Assembly: GCA_963663385.2 (NCBI GenBank)
Contig: CAXXXD010000002.1
Span: forward strand, 1,536,001-1,600,000
Source: Oceanispirochaeta sp.
GTDB taxonomy: Bacteria > Spirochaetota > Spirochaetia > DSM-2461
Length of the DNA stretch: 64,000 nucleotides
Direction of reading: 5' to 3'
Positions 1-10,434 of this stretch are shown piece by piece (positions within the stretch are counted from its first letter, which is position 1; each line of letters opens with the position of its first letter). A model generated the notes under the pieces. It had not been told where the DNA came from. It saw only the letters and a program-made list of their open reading frames with translations, and searched no databases. The position numbers were made by a program, and so were the translations under genes.

Positions 1-971
1 AATCACTGGAAATTCAGTATACAAATACGATTCTGACCTCTCTTCAGAATGTGTTCACTCCCAAAAGAGTGAATATTGTAAACATCGATATTGATCTTGA
101 GTTTATTAATAAAACCATTGCTACCGAAGAGCATTTTCCCATTGTCGTCAGGGAAGATAATCCCGAAACACCCTATAGTGAGCTGGATACGGTTAATTCC
201 ATAACCCTTTCCCAGTCCGACTCTTCCGAACTCTTTGAAGGAACCGGTTTTAATCCGGAAGGGCCTCCCGGTCAGGAAGGGCAGACTGCACCCGCCTATA
301 AGGACATGAACAATCTTGTCGGTAAGTACGAAAGCAACAGTACAACCCGGAACGAAGTGGTTAATACCAGGAATATACAGGAAGAGAAGAGTCCTTTTGA
401 GATTGCACGGATCTCTGTAGCAGTTGCTGTGGACGGAATATGGAACTGGGATTATGATGAGAAGGGCAAACCCGTTCTGGAAAGGGGCAGCATTAAACGG
501 CTGTATACTCCTGTCTCCGATGAAGATCTGGCAAAAGCTCTGACTCTTGTTCAGCATGCGGTGGGATTTTCCACTGCAAGGGGCGACACTGTAACGGTTC
601 AGCATATTCCCTTCGACAGAAGCGAAGAATTCAAGGCCGAAGATGCGGAGTGGCGCCGTCAGCAGCAGATACAGCAGACAATGCTCTATTCTATAATAGC
701 TCTGATTATTCTGATAGCGGCTTTCTTTATCTATCGTGCCATTGCCAAGGAATTGGAAAGACGAAGACGCCTGAGGGAAGAGGAGCTGGCACGTCAGCAT
801 CAGGCCATGCGTGAACAGACCCTGCGTCAGGCTGAGGAAGAAGGTATTGATGTAGAGATGTCCGTTCAGGAACGGGCCAGAATGGAAATGCAGGAAAATG
901 CCAAAAATATGGCCAGGGAACACCCGGAAGATGTCGCTAATCTGATCCGGACCTGGCTGGCGGAGGAATAA
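1..971 (+). CDS. fliF: Flagellar MS-ring protein FliF, 3' part (frame open from the window edge)
   Basis: RISVAVAVDG and AVGFSTARGDTVTV motifs, C-terminal TM helix, PEDVANLIRTWL tail; directly before fliG. Confidence 0.95.
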   Translation, partial: SLEIQYTNTILTSLQNVFTPKRVNIVNIDIDLEFINKTIATEEHFPIVVREDNPETPYSELDTVNSITLSQSDSSELFEGTGFNPEGPPGQEGQTAPAYKDMNNLVGKYESNSTTRNEVVNTRNIQEEKSPFEIARISVAVAVDGIWNWDYDEKGKPVLERGSIKRLYTPVSDEDLAKALTLVQHAVGFSTARGDTVTVQHIPFDRSEEFKAEDAEWRRQQQIQQTMLYSIIALIILIAAFFIYRAIAKELERRRRLREEELARQHQAMREQTLRQAEEEGIDVEMSVQERARMEMQENAKNMAREHPEDVANLIRTWLAEE

Positions 972-974
972 TAG

Positions 975-2012
975 ATGGCGAAAGCAAACGCTCAGGGTAA
1001 GGGAAGTCATAAGGAGGATCTGTCGGGAAAGCAGAAGGCGGCAATCTTTCTTGTCACCCTTGGAGCGGAAATCTCTTCAGAAGTATTCAAACACCTCAGA
1101 GAAGACGAGATTGAAGTTCTTACTTTTGAGATAGCCCGACTGGAGAATATTGATCCCGAATCAAGAGATATGGTGCTTCAGGAGTTTCAGGAACTCATGA
1201 TGGCTCAGGATTTTATTTCATCCGGAGGTATCGATTATGCCAGGGAACTTCTGGAAAAGTCCCTTGGAAGCCAGAAAGCTGTAGATATTATCAACAGACT
1301 GACCAGTTCTCTGAAAACACGGCCTTTCGACTTTGTACGGCGTACCGATCCCGCCCATCTGCTGAACTTCATACAGCAGGAGCATCCCCAGACTATCGCC
1401 CTGATCCTGGCGTATCTCGAACCTCTCAAGGCATCCCAGATACTGGGGCAGCTCCCTCAGGAAAAACAGTCGGATGTTGCCAAAAGGATTGCAACCATGG
1501 ACCGGACTTCACCGGAAATACTCCGGGAAGTGGAAAGGGTTCTGGAAAAGAAGTTGTCCTCTCTCTCATCCGAGGACTATACCTCGGCCGGCGGTGTACC
1601 CAGTATCGTTGATATTCTCAACCTGGTAGACCGAACAACAGAGAAAACAATTATAGAATCCCTGGAAGAGGACGATCCCGAACTGGCTGAAGAGATCAAG
1701 AAGCGCATGTTCGTATTCGAAGATATCATCATGCTTGACGACCGGGCTGTTCAGCGGGTCATGCGTGAAGTGGATACGGCGGAACTGGCCAAGGCCCTGA
1801 AGGCCGTCGACCCCGAAGTTCAGGACAAGATTTTCCGGAATATGTCCAAACGTGCCGCTTCTCTTCTGAAAGAGGATATGGACTTTATGGGGCCTACCAG
1901 AAGAAAGGACGTTGAGGAAGCCCAGCAGAAAATCGTTTCTGTTATCAGAAAACTGGAAGAGCAGGGTGAAGTTGTTATCGCCAGAAGCGGTGAAGAGGAT
2001 GTTCTCGTCTAG
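975..2012 (+). CDS. fliG: Flagellar motor switch protein FliG
   Basis: LSGKQKAAIFL, GGIDYA, EHPQTIALIL, MFVFEDI motifs. Confidence 0.98.
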   Translation: MAKANAQGKGSHKEDLSGKQKAAIFLVTLGAEISSEVFKHLREDEIEVLTFEIARLENIDPESRDMVLQEFQELMMAQDFISSGGIDYARELLEKSLGSQKAVDIINRLTSSLKTRPFDFVRRTDPAHLLNFIQQEHPQTIALILAYLEPLKASQILGQLPQEKQSDVAKRIATMDRTSPEILREVERVLEKKLSSLSSEDYTSAGGVPSIVDILNLVDRTTEKTIIESLEEDDPELAEEIKKRMFVFEDIIMLDDRAVQRVMREVDTAELAKALKAVDPEVQDKIFRNMSKRAASLLKEDMDFMGPTRRKDVEEAQQKIVSVIRKLEEQGEVVIARSGEEDVLV

Positions 2013-2043
2013 GCCGGGCTGCCTGGGAGAGTGAGGAGACAAT

Positions 2044-2958
2044 ATGGCCAAGAATTTATTCCGACCGATGGAAATCGTCAACCTGACCGCACAGAAGGTG
2101 GAAATCGCCCCTCCCGTATTTGAAGTGGAAGATTCCCTTGATGAACTTCAGGAGGTGGAAGAGTATACGGGTCCGACAGCTGATGATCTGCGGCGGGAAG
2201 CTGAAATGTTCAGAACCAGCTGGGAAGAAGAGAAAGCCCGGATGGTTGAGCAGGCCAATACCGAGGCGGAACGGATTATAAAGGAAGCCGAAGAGACCGC
2301 TTTCGAAGAGGTCCGGCGGAAAACCGATCAGGCTTCAAAAGAAAAAATCGAAATTGAAACGGAAGCCAACCGGGTACTGGATCAGGCCCGTACGGAAGCC
2401 GAGAAAATGATACAGGATGCCAGGAATCAGGTTGTTCTGATAGAGGAAGAAGCCCGTAAGACAGGTGAGGCAGCCGGTCGGGAAGAGGGGTACCAGGAGG
2501 GGCGCAAAGAAGCGGAACGTCTGGTAGAAAGGCTGCATATGATCCTTGCCCGTGCCATAGAAAAGCGGGAAGAGATGATCGACGAAGCAGAAACCCAGAT
2601 GATAGACCTGGTTCTTATGATCTCGCGCAAGGTTATAAAGGTTATCTCCGAAAATCAGAAAAATGTGGTAGTCAACAATATTGTTCAGGCCCTGAGAAAA
2701 CTGAAAAGCCGGGGGGATGTCGCCATTCGTGTTAACCTGGCGGACCTGGATCTGGCTACAGATCATACACGTGATTTTATGAAGATGGTGGAGAATGTCA
2801 AATCCATTACCGTTCTGGAGGATACTTCGGTCGATCCCGGCGGATGTATCATCGAAACCGACTTTGGTCAGATTGATGCCCGTATTACTTCGCAGCTAAA
2901 GGAAATTGAAGAAAAAATCATGGAGCTTGTCCCGATCAAGGTCAAGGGTGAACAGTAG
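2044..2958 (+). CDS. fliH: Flagellar assembly protein FliH
   Basis: Coiled coil with GxxxG repeats (GREEGYQEG), C-terminal GGCIIETDFGQIDARI; lies between fliG and fliI. Confidence 0.96.
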   Translation: MAKNLFRPMEIVNLTAQKVEIAPPVFEVEDSLDELQEVEEYTGPTADDLRREAEMFRTSWEEEKARMVEQANTEAERIIKEAEETAFEEVRRKTDQASKEKIEIETEANRVLDQARTEAEKMIQDARNQVVLIEEEARKTGEAAGREEGYQEGRKEAERLVERLHMILARAIEKREEMIDEAETQMIDLVLMISRKVIKVISENQKNVVVNNIVQALRKLKSRGDVAIRVNLADLDLATDHTRDFMKMVENVKSITVLEDTSVDPGGCIIETDFGQIDARITSQLKEIEEKIMELVPIKVKGEQ

Positions 2959-2970
2959 GGGTTCTGAATT

Positions 2971-4359
2971 ATGTCCGTGATGAAGCGATATCTGAATGTT
3001 CTGGAAAATCTCGATCCTGTTAAATACCATGGAAGGGTTATCCGGGTTCAGGGGAACCTTATAGAATCGAGCGGTCCTCAGGCTGTAATAGGCGAGGTCT
3101 GCCGGATTTTTCTGCCCCGCGAGAAACGGGAGATCCTGGCGGAAGTGGTAGCATTAAAGGATCAGCGGGTTCAATTGATGCCCTACGGGGAGATGCAGGG
3201 CATTGAAGCCGGGTGTCCTGTTGTGGCAACGGGGGAACAGCTCAGTATTTCCGTTTCAGAAGACCTGCTGGGGCGGGTGCTTGACGGTCTGGGGCATCCT
3301 TTTGATGAACTGGGCGGGGTTCATGGAGGTGAGAGGCGTTCCGTATTCAGTACCGCACCGTCCCCTATGCATCGAAAACGGATTGAAAAACAGATTGTCA
3401 CGGGAGTTCGCTCCATAGACAGTATGATTCCTCTGGGCGAGGGGCAGCGGATAGGAATCTTTGCCGGTTCGGGGGTTGGCAAATCCACTCTTCTGGGTAT
3501 GATCGCCCGAAATACATCTGCCGATGTGAATGTTATCGCCCTCATAGGCGAGCGGGGAAGGGAGGTCCGGGAATTTATTGAGAATGACCTTGGGCCGGAA
3601 GGTTTGAAACGATCGGTTCTGGTTGTCTCTACCGGTGATACTTCAGCCTTGAGCCGCGTACGGGGCGCCTATACTGCTACAACCATTGCCGAATATTTCA
3701 GGGATCAGGGGAAGAATGTGATGCTTCTTTTTGATTCGGTTACCCGTTTTGCCCTGTCTCAGAGAGAAATCGGTCTGGCTATCGGGGAACCTCCTGCTAC
3801 AAGGGGGTTTACTCCGTCAGTCTTTACCCTGCTTCCCAAACTCCTTGAGAGAAGCGGTACCTCTGACAAAGGGTCCATTACCGGGGTGTATACCATTCTG
3901 GTGGAAGGGGATGATATGGATGAACCGGTTACCGATGCGGTACGGGGAATCCTGGACGGGCATATTGTTCTGTCCCGTAAACTGGCGGAGCAGTATCACT
4001 ACCCGGCAGTGGATGTTCTGGGATCTGTCTCGCGTCTGGAAACGGTAATTATGCCTGAGCGTTTCAGAAAGAATGCCGGATATATCCGGAAGCTGCTGGC
4101 CCTTTACACAGAAAAGGAAGACCTTATTTCGGTAGGGGCTTATGCAAGGGGATCAAACCCCAAAGTTGATGAGGCGATAGACAAGATTGACAGCATTAAT
4201 GACTTCCTGAAGCAGGAAATAGAAGAGAAAGCGGATATAAGGAAGACCCTTGTGAATGCCGGGGCGATTTGCGGGGATAAATTGACCGAGGCGGAAGTCT
4301 GGGATAACCCCCTGAGCGATGAGGATATGAGAAATGAAGGCATTTCAATTCTCACTTGA
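2971..4359 (+). CDS. fliI: Flagellar export ATPase FliI
   Basis: Walker A AGSGVGKS, ALIGERGREV, LLFDSVTRFA, GILDGHIVLSR. Confidence 0.98.
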   Translation: MSVMKRYLNVLENLDPVKYHGRVIRVQGNLIESSGPQAVIGEVCRIFLPREKREILAEVVALKDQRVQLMPYGEMQGIEAGCPVVATGEQLSISVSEDLLGRVLDGLGHPFDELGGVHGGERRSVFSTAPSPMHRKRIEKQIVTGVRSIDSMIPLGEGQRIGIFAGSGVGKSTLLGMIARNTSADVNVIALIGERGREVREFIENDLGPEGLKRSVLVVSTGDTSALSRVRGAYTATTIAEYFRDQGKNVMLLFDSVTRFALSQREIGLAIGEPPATRGFTPSVFTLLPKLLERSGTSDKGSITGVYTILVEGDDMDEPVTDAVRGILDGHIVLSRKLAEQYHYPAVDVLGSVSRLETVIMPERFRKNAGYIRKLLALYTEKEDLISVGAYARGSNPKVDEAIDKIDSINDFLKQEIEEKADIRKTLVNAGAICGDKLTEAEVWDNPLSDEDMRNEGISILT

Positions 4360-4762
4360 GCAGATACTTGAACTCCGGATTGAAGAGGAGCAGGAAGCCG
4401 AAATCCGTCTGGGACGAGCGGTTAGCGAGTGGAACCGCTTTAACAGGGACAGAGAGGACCGGGAGGCGAAAAAACGGGGTATCACACCGGGGCTCACTCC
4501 GGAGGATATACTGCAGACTTCTCTCTATCTGGCCAGGCTGGATCAGGAAATAGATCGTTTTCAGCAGGCCATGGACCAGAGGGCGCCACTTCTGGAAAAG
4601 CTTCGCAGGGAATACACAGAAGCCCGGGCAGCCAGGCAGGGACTGGAAAAACTGAAAGAGAAACGCCTGAATGAGCATAGGAAAAAAGCTCACCGCAAGG
4701 AAGCGTTGATTCTGGATGATTTGAGTATGAATATGATACGGATGCGAAAAGCATCCGAATAA
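4334..4762 (+). CDS. fliJ: Flagellar export chaperone FliJ
   Basis: MKAFQFSLEQILELR start, coiled coil, overlaps the end of fliI. Confidence 0.9.
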   Translation: MKAFQFSLEQILELRIEEEQEAEIRLGRAVSEWNRFNRDREDREAKKRGITPGLTPEDILQTSLYLARLDQEIDRFQQAMDQRAPLLEKLRREYTEARAARQGLEKLKEKRLNEHRKKAHRKEALILDDLSMNMIRMRKASE

Positions 4763-4780
4763 GAATACAGAGGTTTAATT

Positions 4781-5404
4781 GTGGCTAGAGTAAGCAGCGG
4801 TGCGGGAATCGCAAAGATATTTTTTCTCATTATTCTGATTATCGTTCTTGTAATCGGCGGTTTGCTCTGGGTGGATTTTCTGGGACTGATCAATGCAAGG
4901 GATTCTCTGGTGCCTCTGCTCAGGATGGTGCACCTGGATGTCCCTGAGCCGGTAGAACAGCCGGAGGATGTTTACCTGCTGGACAAGGAACGGCTTGCCA
5001 AGCAGATAGAAGCCCTGGATCTCAGGGAAGCGGATCTTCAGGCCAGAGAAGAACATATCCTTCTGGGGGAGGCGGAACTGAAAGAATTGGCCACCCAGCT
5101 GGAAGAACAGAAGAAAAGCCTTGATGAAAAAGAGAAATCTCTAAATGAAGCTTTAAAAATGTACGACAATAAAAGAGCAAACCTGGAACAGAATGCACTT
5201 TATCTGAGTGGTATGGAGCCTGCCAAGGCGGTTGCCATTATGAATGAAATGCAGAAAACAGAACTTGTAGATGTCCTGAGAACGTCCGAAAGGCTTTCCC
5301 GGGAATCCGGTACTGCTTCCCTGGTTGCCTTCTGGTTGTCGTTAATGGATCCCGACCGGGCGTCGGAGATTCAGAGCATGATGGTGATAAAACCGGAAGA
5401 TTAA
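4781..5404 (+). CDS. flbB: Periplasmic flagellar collar protein FlbB (MotE-like)
   Basis: N-terminal TM helix, coiled coil, MEPAKAVAIM and SLVAFWLSLM motifs; spirochaete position between fliJ and fliK; GTG start. Confidence 0.85.
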   Translation: MARVSSGAGIAKIFFLIILIIVLVIGGLLWVDFLGLINARDSLVPLLRMVHLDVPEPVEQPEDVYLLDKERLAKQIEALDLREADLQAREEHILLGEAELKELATQLEEQKKSLDEKEKSLNEALKMYDNKRANLEQNALYLSGMEPAKAVAIMNEMQKTELVDVLRTSERLSRESGTASLVAFWLSLMDPDRASEIQSMMVIKPED

Positions 5405-5422
5405 ATATCATCTGGAGGTGCC

Positions 5423-6766
5423 ATGGTTCAATTGTCTTCCCCACAGTCGGATAGGATTCCGATAGAAGCCGGGGATAAAAAAGTACGAACCGTGAACCGG
5501 GCAGGGCAGGGCGAAGAGTCCGATTTCAGCAGAACCCTTGAAAAACAGAAGGCTGCGGGAAAGAAAGATGCCCCTCAAGGTTCATCAAAACATTCAAGGA
5601 CCGAACAGGCAAAACCGTCCCAGCTCGAAAATCCCCATGAAAAAGAACTGGCTGCCAAATCCGGCAAGCTGATAAAAGGCCGGGTCCAGGATAAAAACCG
5701 TCTTGTCATTGCAGAAAATAAAAAGTCTGTCCAATCGAAAGAAGGCATTCCGGAAACAGGAAAAAAGTCTGACCGGAAAAGCGGGATCTTTTCCCGGGAG
5801 TCATCGGAATCACTTGTTCTGGCAGTTTCACAGCAGATCTCCGACTGGGGGATGAAAAAACTTCCCGATCAGCAGACTGCGGGTTTATCAGAAACTGCCG
5901 GGAATGCTCCGGAAACAGATGATACAGAAAACGCTCCTGTAAAAGTGGCAGCCCCTTCGATGGACAGCCGGATTGTAAAAGAGCTGGCGTCCTCCGGCAG
6001 AATAGCCGAAACAGCTGAAGCTGTCAAAAGCGGAGCTGTCGTCCAAAACCTGACTTCCGATGGGGAGGGAAAAGATCTGGCCGGCAGAAAGAGAACATCT
6101 CTGAACAGAAGTACAGTTAACCGGAGTGCTGCGGATAAGGTTATTTCGGTAGAGGACCGCCGGACTGTCAAAACGGAAGAGGCAAAGGCTGTTTTCTCAC
6201 CTGCCGGTGAGCAGAGAGAAGAGGGGCTTACCCTTGAAATGGCTCCCCGGGAAGAGATAGACGGCACTGCTGCAGGTCTGGAGCTTCGTAATACCCAGAC
6301 TCAGTTTTCATTGGATACGGCAGAAGAGCAGAAAGGGTCCTTCCTTCTGAACAAGCAGCTCCAGGAAGGCGGTACAAAGGATCTGGCAAAGAATATCCGT
6401 TTTGTTCTTAAAGACAGAAATCAGGGTGAAATCAGGCTGATCCTGAAACCCGAAGCCCTGGGAAAGGTAAGAATCCAGCTGAATCTGCAGGAAAACAATA
6501 TAGTCGGGAAAATTTTTGTCGAAAATAATAGTGTGAAGCAGGTTTTTCTGAACAATCTGACCGATTTGACAAAAGCCCTGGAAGAGAGCGGGTTTCAGAC
6601 AGCTTCACTGGATGTGCAGGTAGGCGGCGGTGAGACAGGCAGCCATGACCGGCAGCATCAGGAACGCCCCCTATTCTTTAAGAGAGATGCGGCGGAACTT
6701 GAAGAGAGTATTCCTGTTGTTTTTGATAATGCTTCCCCACTGTCTCAAATAGATTTAGTAGTTTAG
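5423..6766 (+). CDS. fliK: Flagellar hook-length control protein FliK
   Basis: Low-complexity N-terminus; C-terminal GEIRLILKPEALGKVRIQL domain; before flgD. Confidence 0.9.
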   Translation: MVQLSSPQSDRIPIEAGDKKVRTVNRAGQGEESDFSRTLEKQKAAGKKDAPQGSSKHSRTEQAKPSQLENPHEKELAAKSGKLIKGRVQDKNRLVIAENKKSVQSKEGIPETGKKSDRKSGIFSRESSESLVLAVSQQISDWGMKKLPDQQTAGLSETAGNAPETDDTENAPVKVAAPSMDSRIVKELASSGRIAETAEAVKSGAVVQNLTSDGEGKDLAGRKRTSLNRSTVNRSAADKVISVEDRRTVKTEEAKAVFSPAGEQREEGLTLEMAPREEIDGTAAGLELRNTQTQFSLDTAEEQKGSFLLNKQLQEGGTKDLAKNIRFVLKDRNQGEIRLILKPEALGKVRIQLNLQENNIVGKIFVENNSVKQVFLNNLTDLTKALEESGFQTASLDVQVGGGETGSHDRQHQERPLFFKRDAAELEESIPVVFDNASPLSQIDLVV

Positions 6767-6775
6767 GAGGTCCTG

Positions 6776-7231
6776 ATGGATTTTAGTACACAGATGAATG
6801 GTGCAGAAAAAGCCAGAGTTTCCATGCAGGTCGATTCATTCAATAAAGCCCTGAATGGGAATAAGGTCCAACAGACGGAACTGGGAAAGGACGACTTTAT
6901 GAAAATCCTGATTACCCAGCTCTCCCATCAGGATCCCACAAAGCCCATGGAAGATAAAGAGTTTATTGCACAGATGGCCCAGTTCTCCTCCCTGGAGCAG
7001 ATGACCAACATGAGTCAGCAGTTTACAACAGTAGCCCAGCGGCTCAACAGCTCAACCGCCATGAATGTGCTGGGGCAGGATGTGGAACTTATGGTTAACG
7101 GCCAGGCTGTACAGGGTTCTGTAGAAGCCGTAACGGGCGGAGAGTTCCCCCAGCTGCTGGTCAATGGAAACTACTATGATTTTTCTACACTTCAAACAGT
7201 ATTTAACAACAAAGGAGAAACCGAATTATGA
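6776..7231 (+). CDS. flgD: Flagellar hook capping protein FlgD
   Basis: [23 protein letters not shown]...[14 protein letters not shown]. Confidence 0.97.
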   Translation: MDFSTQMNGAEKARVSMQVDSFNKALNGNKVQQTELGKDDFMKILITQLSHQDPTKPMEDKEFIAQMAQFSSLEQMTNMSQQFTTVAQRLNSSTAMNVLGQDVELMVNGQAVQGSVEAVTGGEFPQLLVNGNYYDFSTLQTVFNNKGETEL

Positions 7232-8616
7232 TGCGCTCACTTTACTCCGGAGTATCCGGACTTCAGAATCATCAGACCAGAATGGATGTGATCGGTAACA
7301 ATGTATCCAATGTGAACACCATAGGGTTTAAGAAAGGGCGGGTTGTTTTTCAGGATATGATCTCCCAGAAATCAAAAGGCGCCGCACGTCCTACAGAAGA
7401 ACTGGGCGGTGTAAACCCTATTCAGGTAGGACTCGGCATGACCGTGGCAACGATTGATACCATTCATACCCAGGGATCTCTGCAGACCACCGGCAATATG
7501 ACCGATCTGGCCATTCAGGGAAACGGTTTTTTTATCCTTCAGAGCGGAGATAAGGAATTCTACAGCCGGGCCGGTGCGTTCGGTCTTGATGAAGAGGGTA
7601 TGCTGGTTAATCCTGCCAACGGGATGCGTGTTCAGGGCTGGGAAGCCCAGACTGTAGAGGGTGAGACATTTATCAATACCGCAAGTGATACGACCAGTCT
7701 GAATATCCCTGTGGGAAGCAAAGACCCCGCAGCGGCTACTACGGAAGTTGAACTGGCCTGTAATCTTGATAAACGGACTCCAGAAATAGCTGACGGAGCC
7801 GGCCCCGCTGATGTGAGGCAGGGAACCTGGCAGATTGACAAGGATATTTATGATTCCTTTGGAAATGTTCATAAGATGAGTATTCAGTTTACCAGGACAC
7901 CCGGTGTTAACAACCAGTGGGATGTTGCGGTAACTGTGGACCAGAATGGCGAAACTCCCGCCAATACTCAGATAGAGATCGGTGCGGAAAATAATGCCAC
8001 CAATACTTTTTCCATGTCCTTTGACAATCTGGGCGCTCTGCAGGCTGCTTTCGACGGCCAGGGTGATACGGTTGATGCGGGTAATCTTCTGATTCCGGTA
8101 TCCTTCGATATTCTGGATTCCACTCCCGGTGCGGATGGTGCTCCCATCCGGCAGACTTTCAATCTGAACCTTGGCGAGGTAGGAAGCTATACCAATACGG
8201 TTACACAGTTTGCCGAAACTTCTTCTACCAAGGCTTTTCGTCAGAACGGTTATTCCATGGGGTATCTGGAAACTTTTCAGATTGATTCCAGCGGTGTGAT
8301 TACCGGTGTGTACTCCAACGGTACCAATCGTTCTCTCGGGCAGGTCGCTCTGGCCAGTTTCACCAACCCCGGCGGTCTGGAAAAGGGTGGCGAGAGTACT
8401 TTTGTACAGACCATAAACTCCGGTGAGGCAAATATCGGACCATCCGGAATTGCGGGTAAGGGAAAGTTTGTTGCCGGTGCCCTTGAGATGAGTAATGTGG
8501 ATCTGGCGGAACAGTTTACCGACATGATTGTTACCCAGAGAGGATTTCAGGCAAACAGCAAGTCGATTACAACGTCGGATACCATGCTGCAGGAACTCCT
8601 GTCCCTGAAAAGATAA
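7228..8616 (+). CDS. flgE: Flagellar hook protein FlgE
   Basis: [12 protein letters not shown]...[11 protein letters not shown] start, [25 protein letters not shown] end; K165/C178/N179/T334 present. Confidence 0.98.
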   Translation: MMRSLYSGVSGLQNHQTRMDVIGNNVSNVNTIGFKKGRVVFQDMISQKSKGAARPTEELGGVNPIQVGLGMTVATIDTIHTQGSLQTTGNMTDLAIQGNGFFILQSGDKEFYSRAGAFGLDEEGMLVNPANGMRVQGWEAQTVEGETFINTASDTTSLNIPVGSKDPAAATTEVELACNLDKRTPEIADGAGPADVRQGTWQIDKDIYDSFGNVHKMSIQFTRTPGVNNQWDVAVTVDQNGETPANTQIEIGAENNATNTFSMSFDNLGALQAAFDGQGDTVDAGNLLIPVSFDILDSTPGADGAPIRQTFNLNLGEVGSYTNTVTQFAETSSTKAFRQNGYSMGYLETFQIDSSGVITGVYSNGTNRSLGQVALASFTNPGGLEKGGESTFVQTINSGEANIGPSGIAGKGKFVAGALEMSNVDLAEQFTDMIVTQRGFQANSKSITTSDTMLQELLSLKR

Positions 8617-8630
8617 GGTGATCTGAATAG

Positions 8631-8834
8631 ATGATTGAGGTTACCATGCTGGGGAAACTGGGGAAAGTAATTTACCTCAATCCCCATCAGATAGAGTATA
8701 TTGAAGCAGACGCCAATACGACTATTGTCATGCTGTCGGGGAAAAGGCTGGTTGTTTCGGAGGATTACGCCACCGTTTACGATCGGATCGTGGCCTACCG
8801 GCAGCAGATTGGCGCTTTTAAGAACGAGGAGTAG
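8631..8834 (+). CDS. flbD: Flagellar protein FlbD (SwrD family)
   Basis: MIEVT...YLNPHQIEYIE...TTIVMLSGK...V.E; 67 aa between flgE and motA. Confidence 0.92.
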   Translation: MIEVTMLGKLGKVIYLNPHQIEYIEADANTTIVMLSGKRLVVSEDYATVYDRIVAYRQQIGAFKNEE

Positions 8835-8840
8835 TTATTA

Positions 8841-9614
8841 ATGGATATTGCAACATTAGGTGGTTTATTCGGGGGATTCCTCCTCATTCTCGGATCGATC
8901 ATTGCGGCTGGAAACAATCTGGCCCTCTATCTGGATATCGCTTCGGTTATTATTGTAATATTCGGCTCCTTTGCAGCCATGATCGCGGCCAGTCCGATGC
9001 AGAGGGCTCTGGGGTTTACCAAGTATCTGAATATAGCTATGAATGTTCAGGTTTATAATAAGGAAGCCATCATTACCCAGCTTGTTACATTTGCGGATAA
9101 TGCCCGGAAAGAGGGACTCCTATCCCTGGATGATGCCCTTAATGATGTGGAGGACGACTTTCTGCGAAGCGGCTTGAGGCTGGTTGTAGACGGTACTGAT
9201 CCGGATGTCATTAAAAAGATCCTTTACGGAAATGTCTCTATGATCGATTCCCGTCATCAGGACGGGATTGATTTCTTCGGTAACTGGGCTAAAATCGCAC
9301 CTGCCTTCGGGATGATCGGTACCCTGCTGGGACTGATCGGTATGATGGCCAATCTGGAAGATACAGCCTCTATCGGTCCCAATATGGCGGTTGCGCTTAT
9401 TACCACTCTGTACGGATCTATCGTGGCCAACCTTGTGCTGATGCCCATACAGATCAAACTGGAAGACAGAAACAAGGAAGAGCTGCTGGTTAAAGAGATT
9501 ATGATACAGGGAATCCTCTCCATTCAGTCCGGCGACAACCCCCGGATCCTGGAAGATAAGCTGTATACCTATATTCCGCCGGCAGAAAGGCCTCAGAAGA
9601 GTTCTGGAGAATAA
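8841..9614 (+). CDS. motA: Flagellar stator A subunit MotA/PomA
   Basis: ARKEGLLSL, APAFGMIGTLLGL, ALITTLYG, IQSGDNPR. Confidence 0.97.
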   Translation: MDIATLGGLFGGFLLILGSIIAAGNNLALYLDIASVIIVIFGSFAAMIAASPMQRALGFTKYLNIAMNVQVYNKEAIITQLVTFADNARKEGLLSLDDALNDVEDDFLRSGLRLVVDGTDPDVIKKILYGNVSMIDSRHQDGIDFFGNWAKIAPAFGMIGTLLGLIGMMANLEDTASIGPNMAVALITTLYGSIVANLVLMPIQIKLEDRNKEELLVKEIMIQGILSIQSGDNPRILEDKLYTYIPPAERPQKSSGE

Positions 9615-9616
9615 AC

Positions 9617-10351
9617 ATGGCAGGAGAAGGACAGGAAAAATGCCCGAAATGTGAAGAAGGGGCTGCCGAGTGGATGACCACCTACGGGGACATGGTTACA
9701 CTCCTGCTCTGTTTCTTTGTAATTCTTATGAACCCGGAAACCATAGAAGGCGCCCGTATGGAGCTGATAATGGTTTCCTTTAATGGTTTGGGGCCTCTTC
9801 AGGGCGGTAATACCCTCGATGTGGGTGAACTGGCTGAACTGGGGAACAATATTATGGCCATGCCGTCGACCAAAAGGGCCCGGGGGCTGGATAAGGCAAG
9901 ACAGACGGCTGTCTCCATGTTCAAACCGGAAATCAAGAGCAAGCAGGTGCGGGTGACGGAAGACGAGCGGGGGCTGGTGATTACACTGGCTTCGGATGCC
10001 TTTTTCAAACCCGCCAGCGCAGAGGTGGAAATAGAGAGTACCCGTCAGATTCTGCAGAAGCTATCGGGTCTTCTTGCATCAGACGAACTGTCTGAAAGGA
10101 AATTCCGGATCGAAGGGCATACGGATGCCAGTCCCACAGATCCTGATGGACCATGGCCCTCCAACTGGGAGCTTTCTGCGGCACGATCAGCCAATGTTCT
10201 GCACTATCTTGTGGATTTTGGAGTGGATGAAGCACAGTTCCAGATTGCGGGAATGTCCGACACGGCGCCCCTTACGGATAATGAAACTCCCGAGGGCCGG
10301 GCCTATAACAGACGGGTGGATATTATTGTTCTGGCGGAAGGTCATGAATAG
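9617..10351 (+). CDS. motB: Flagellar stator B subunit MotB/PomB
   Basis: WMTTYGDMVTLLLCFFV TM helix with catalytic Asp; OmpA-like IEGHTD, NWELSAARS, NRRVDI. Confidence 0.97.
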   Translation: MAGEGQEKCPKCEEGAAEWMTTYGDMVTLLLCFFVILMNPETIEGARMELIMVSFNGLGPLQGGNTLDVGELAELGNNIMAMPSTKRARGLDKARQTAVSMFKPEIKSKQVRVTEDERGLVITLASDAFFKPASAEVEIESTRQILQKLSGLLASDELSERKFRIEGHTDASPTDPDGPWPSNWELSAARSANVLHYLVDFGVDEAQFQIAGMSDTAPLTDNETPEGRAYNRRVDIIVLAEGHE

Positions 10352-10375
10352 GAATATTCATATAATATGTAGTGT

Positions 10376-10404
10376 TTGCATAATTGACGGTTTTCTGATA
10401 AAAT
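10376..10404 (+). promoter_or_regulatory. Internal sigma70-type promoter upstream of fliL
   Basis: TTGCAT-N17-TAAAAT with extended -10 TG, in the AT-rich motB-fliL gap. Confidence 0.6.
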
Positions 10405-10434
10405 TTATCCGTTAAACAGGATGCAGGTGATAGA

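Noticed and set aside
3..1010. Long antisense ORFs (e.g. 3..1010, 21814..22779, 32522..33889, 49655..50641)
   Set aside because: They shadow well-supported genes on the opposite strand and show no recognisable motifs
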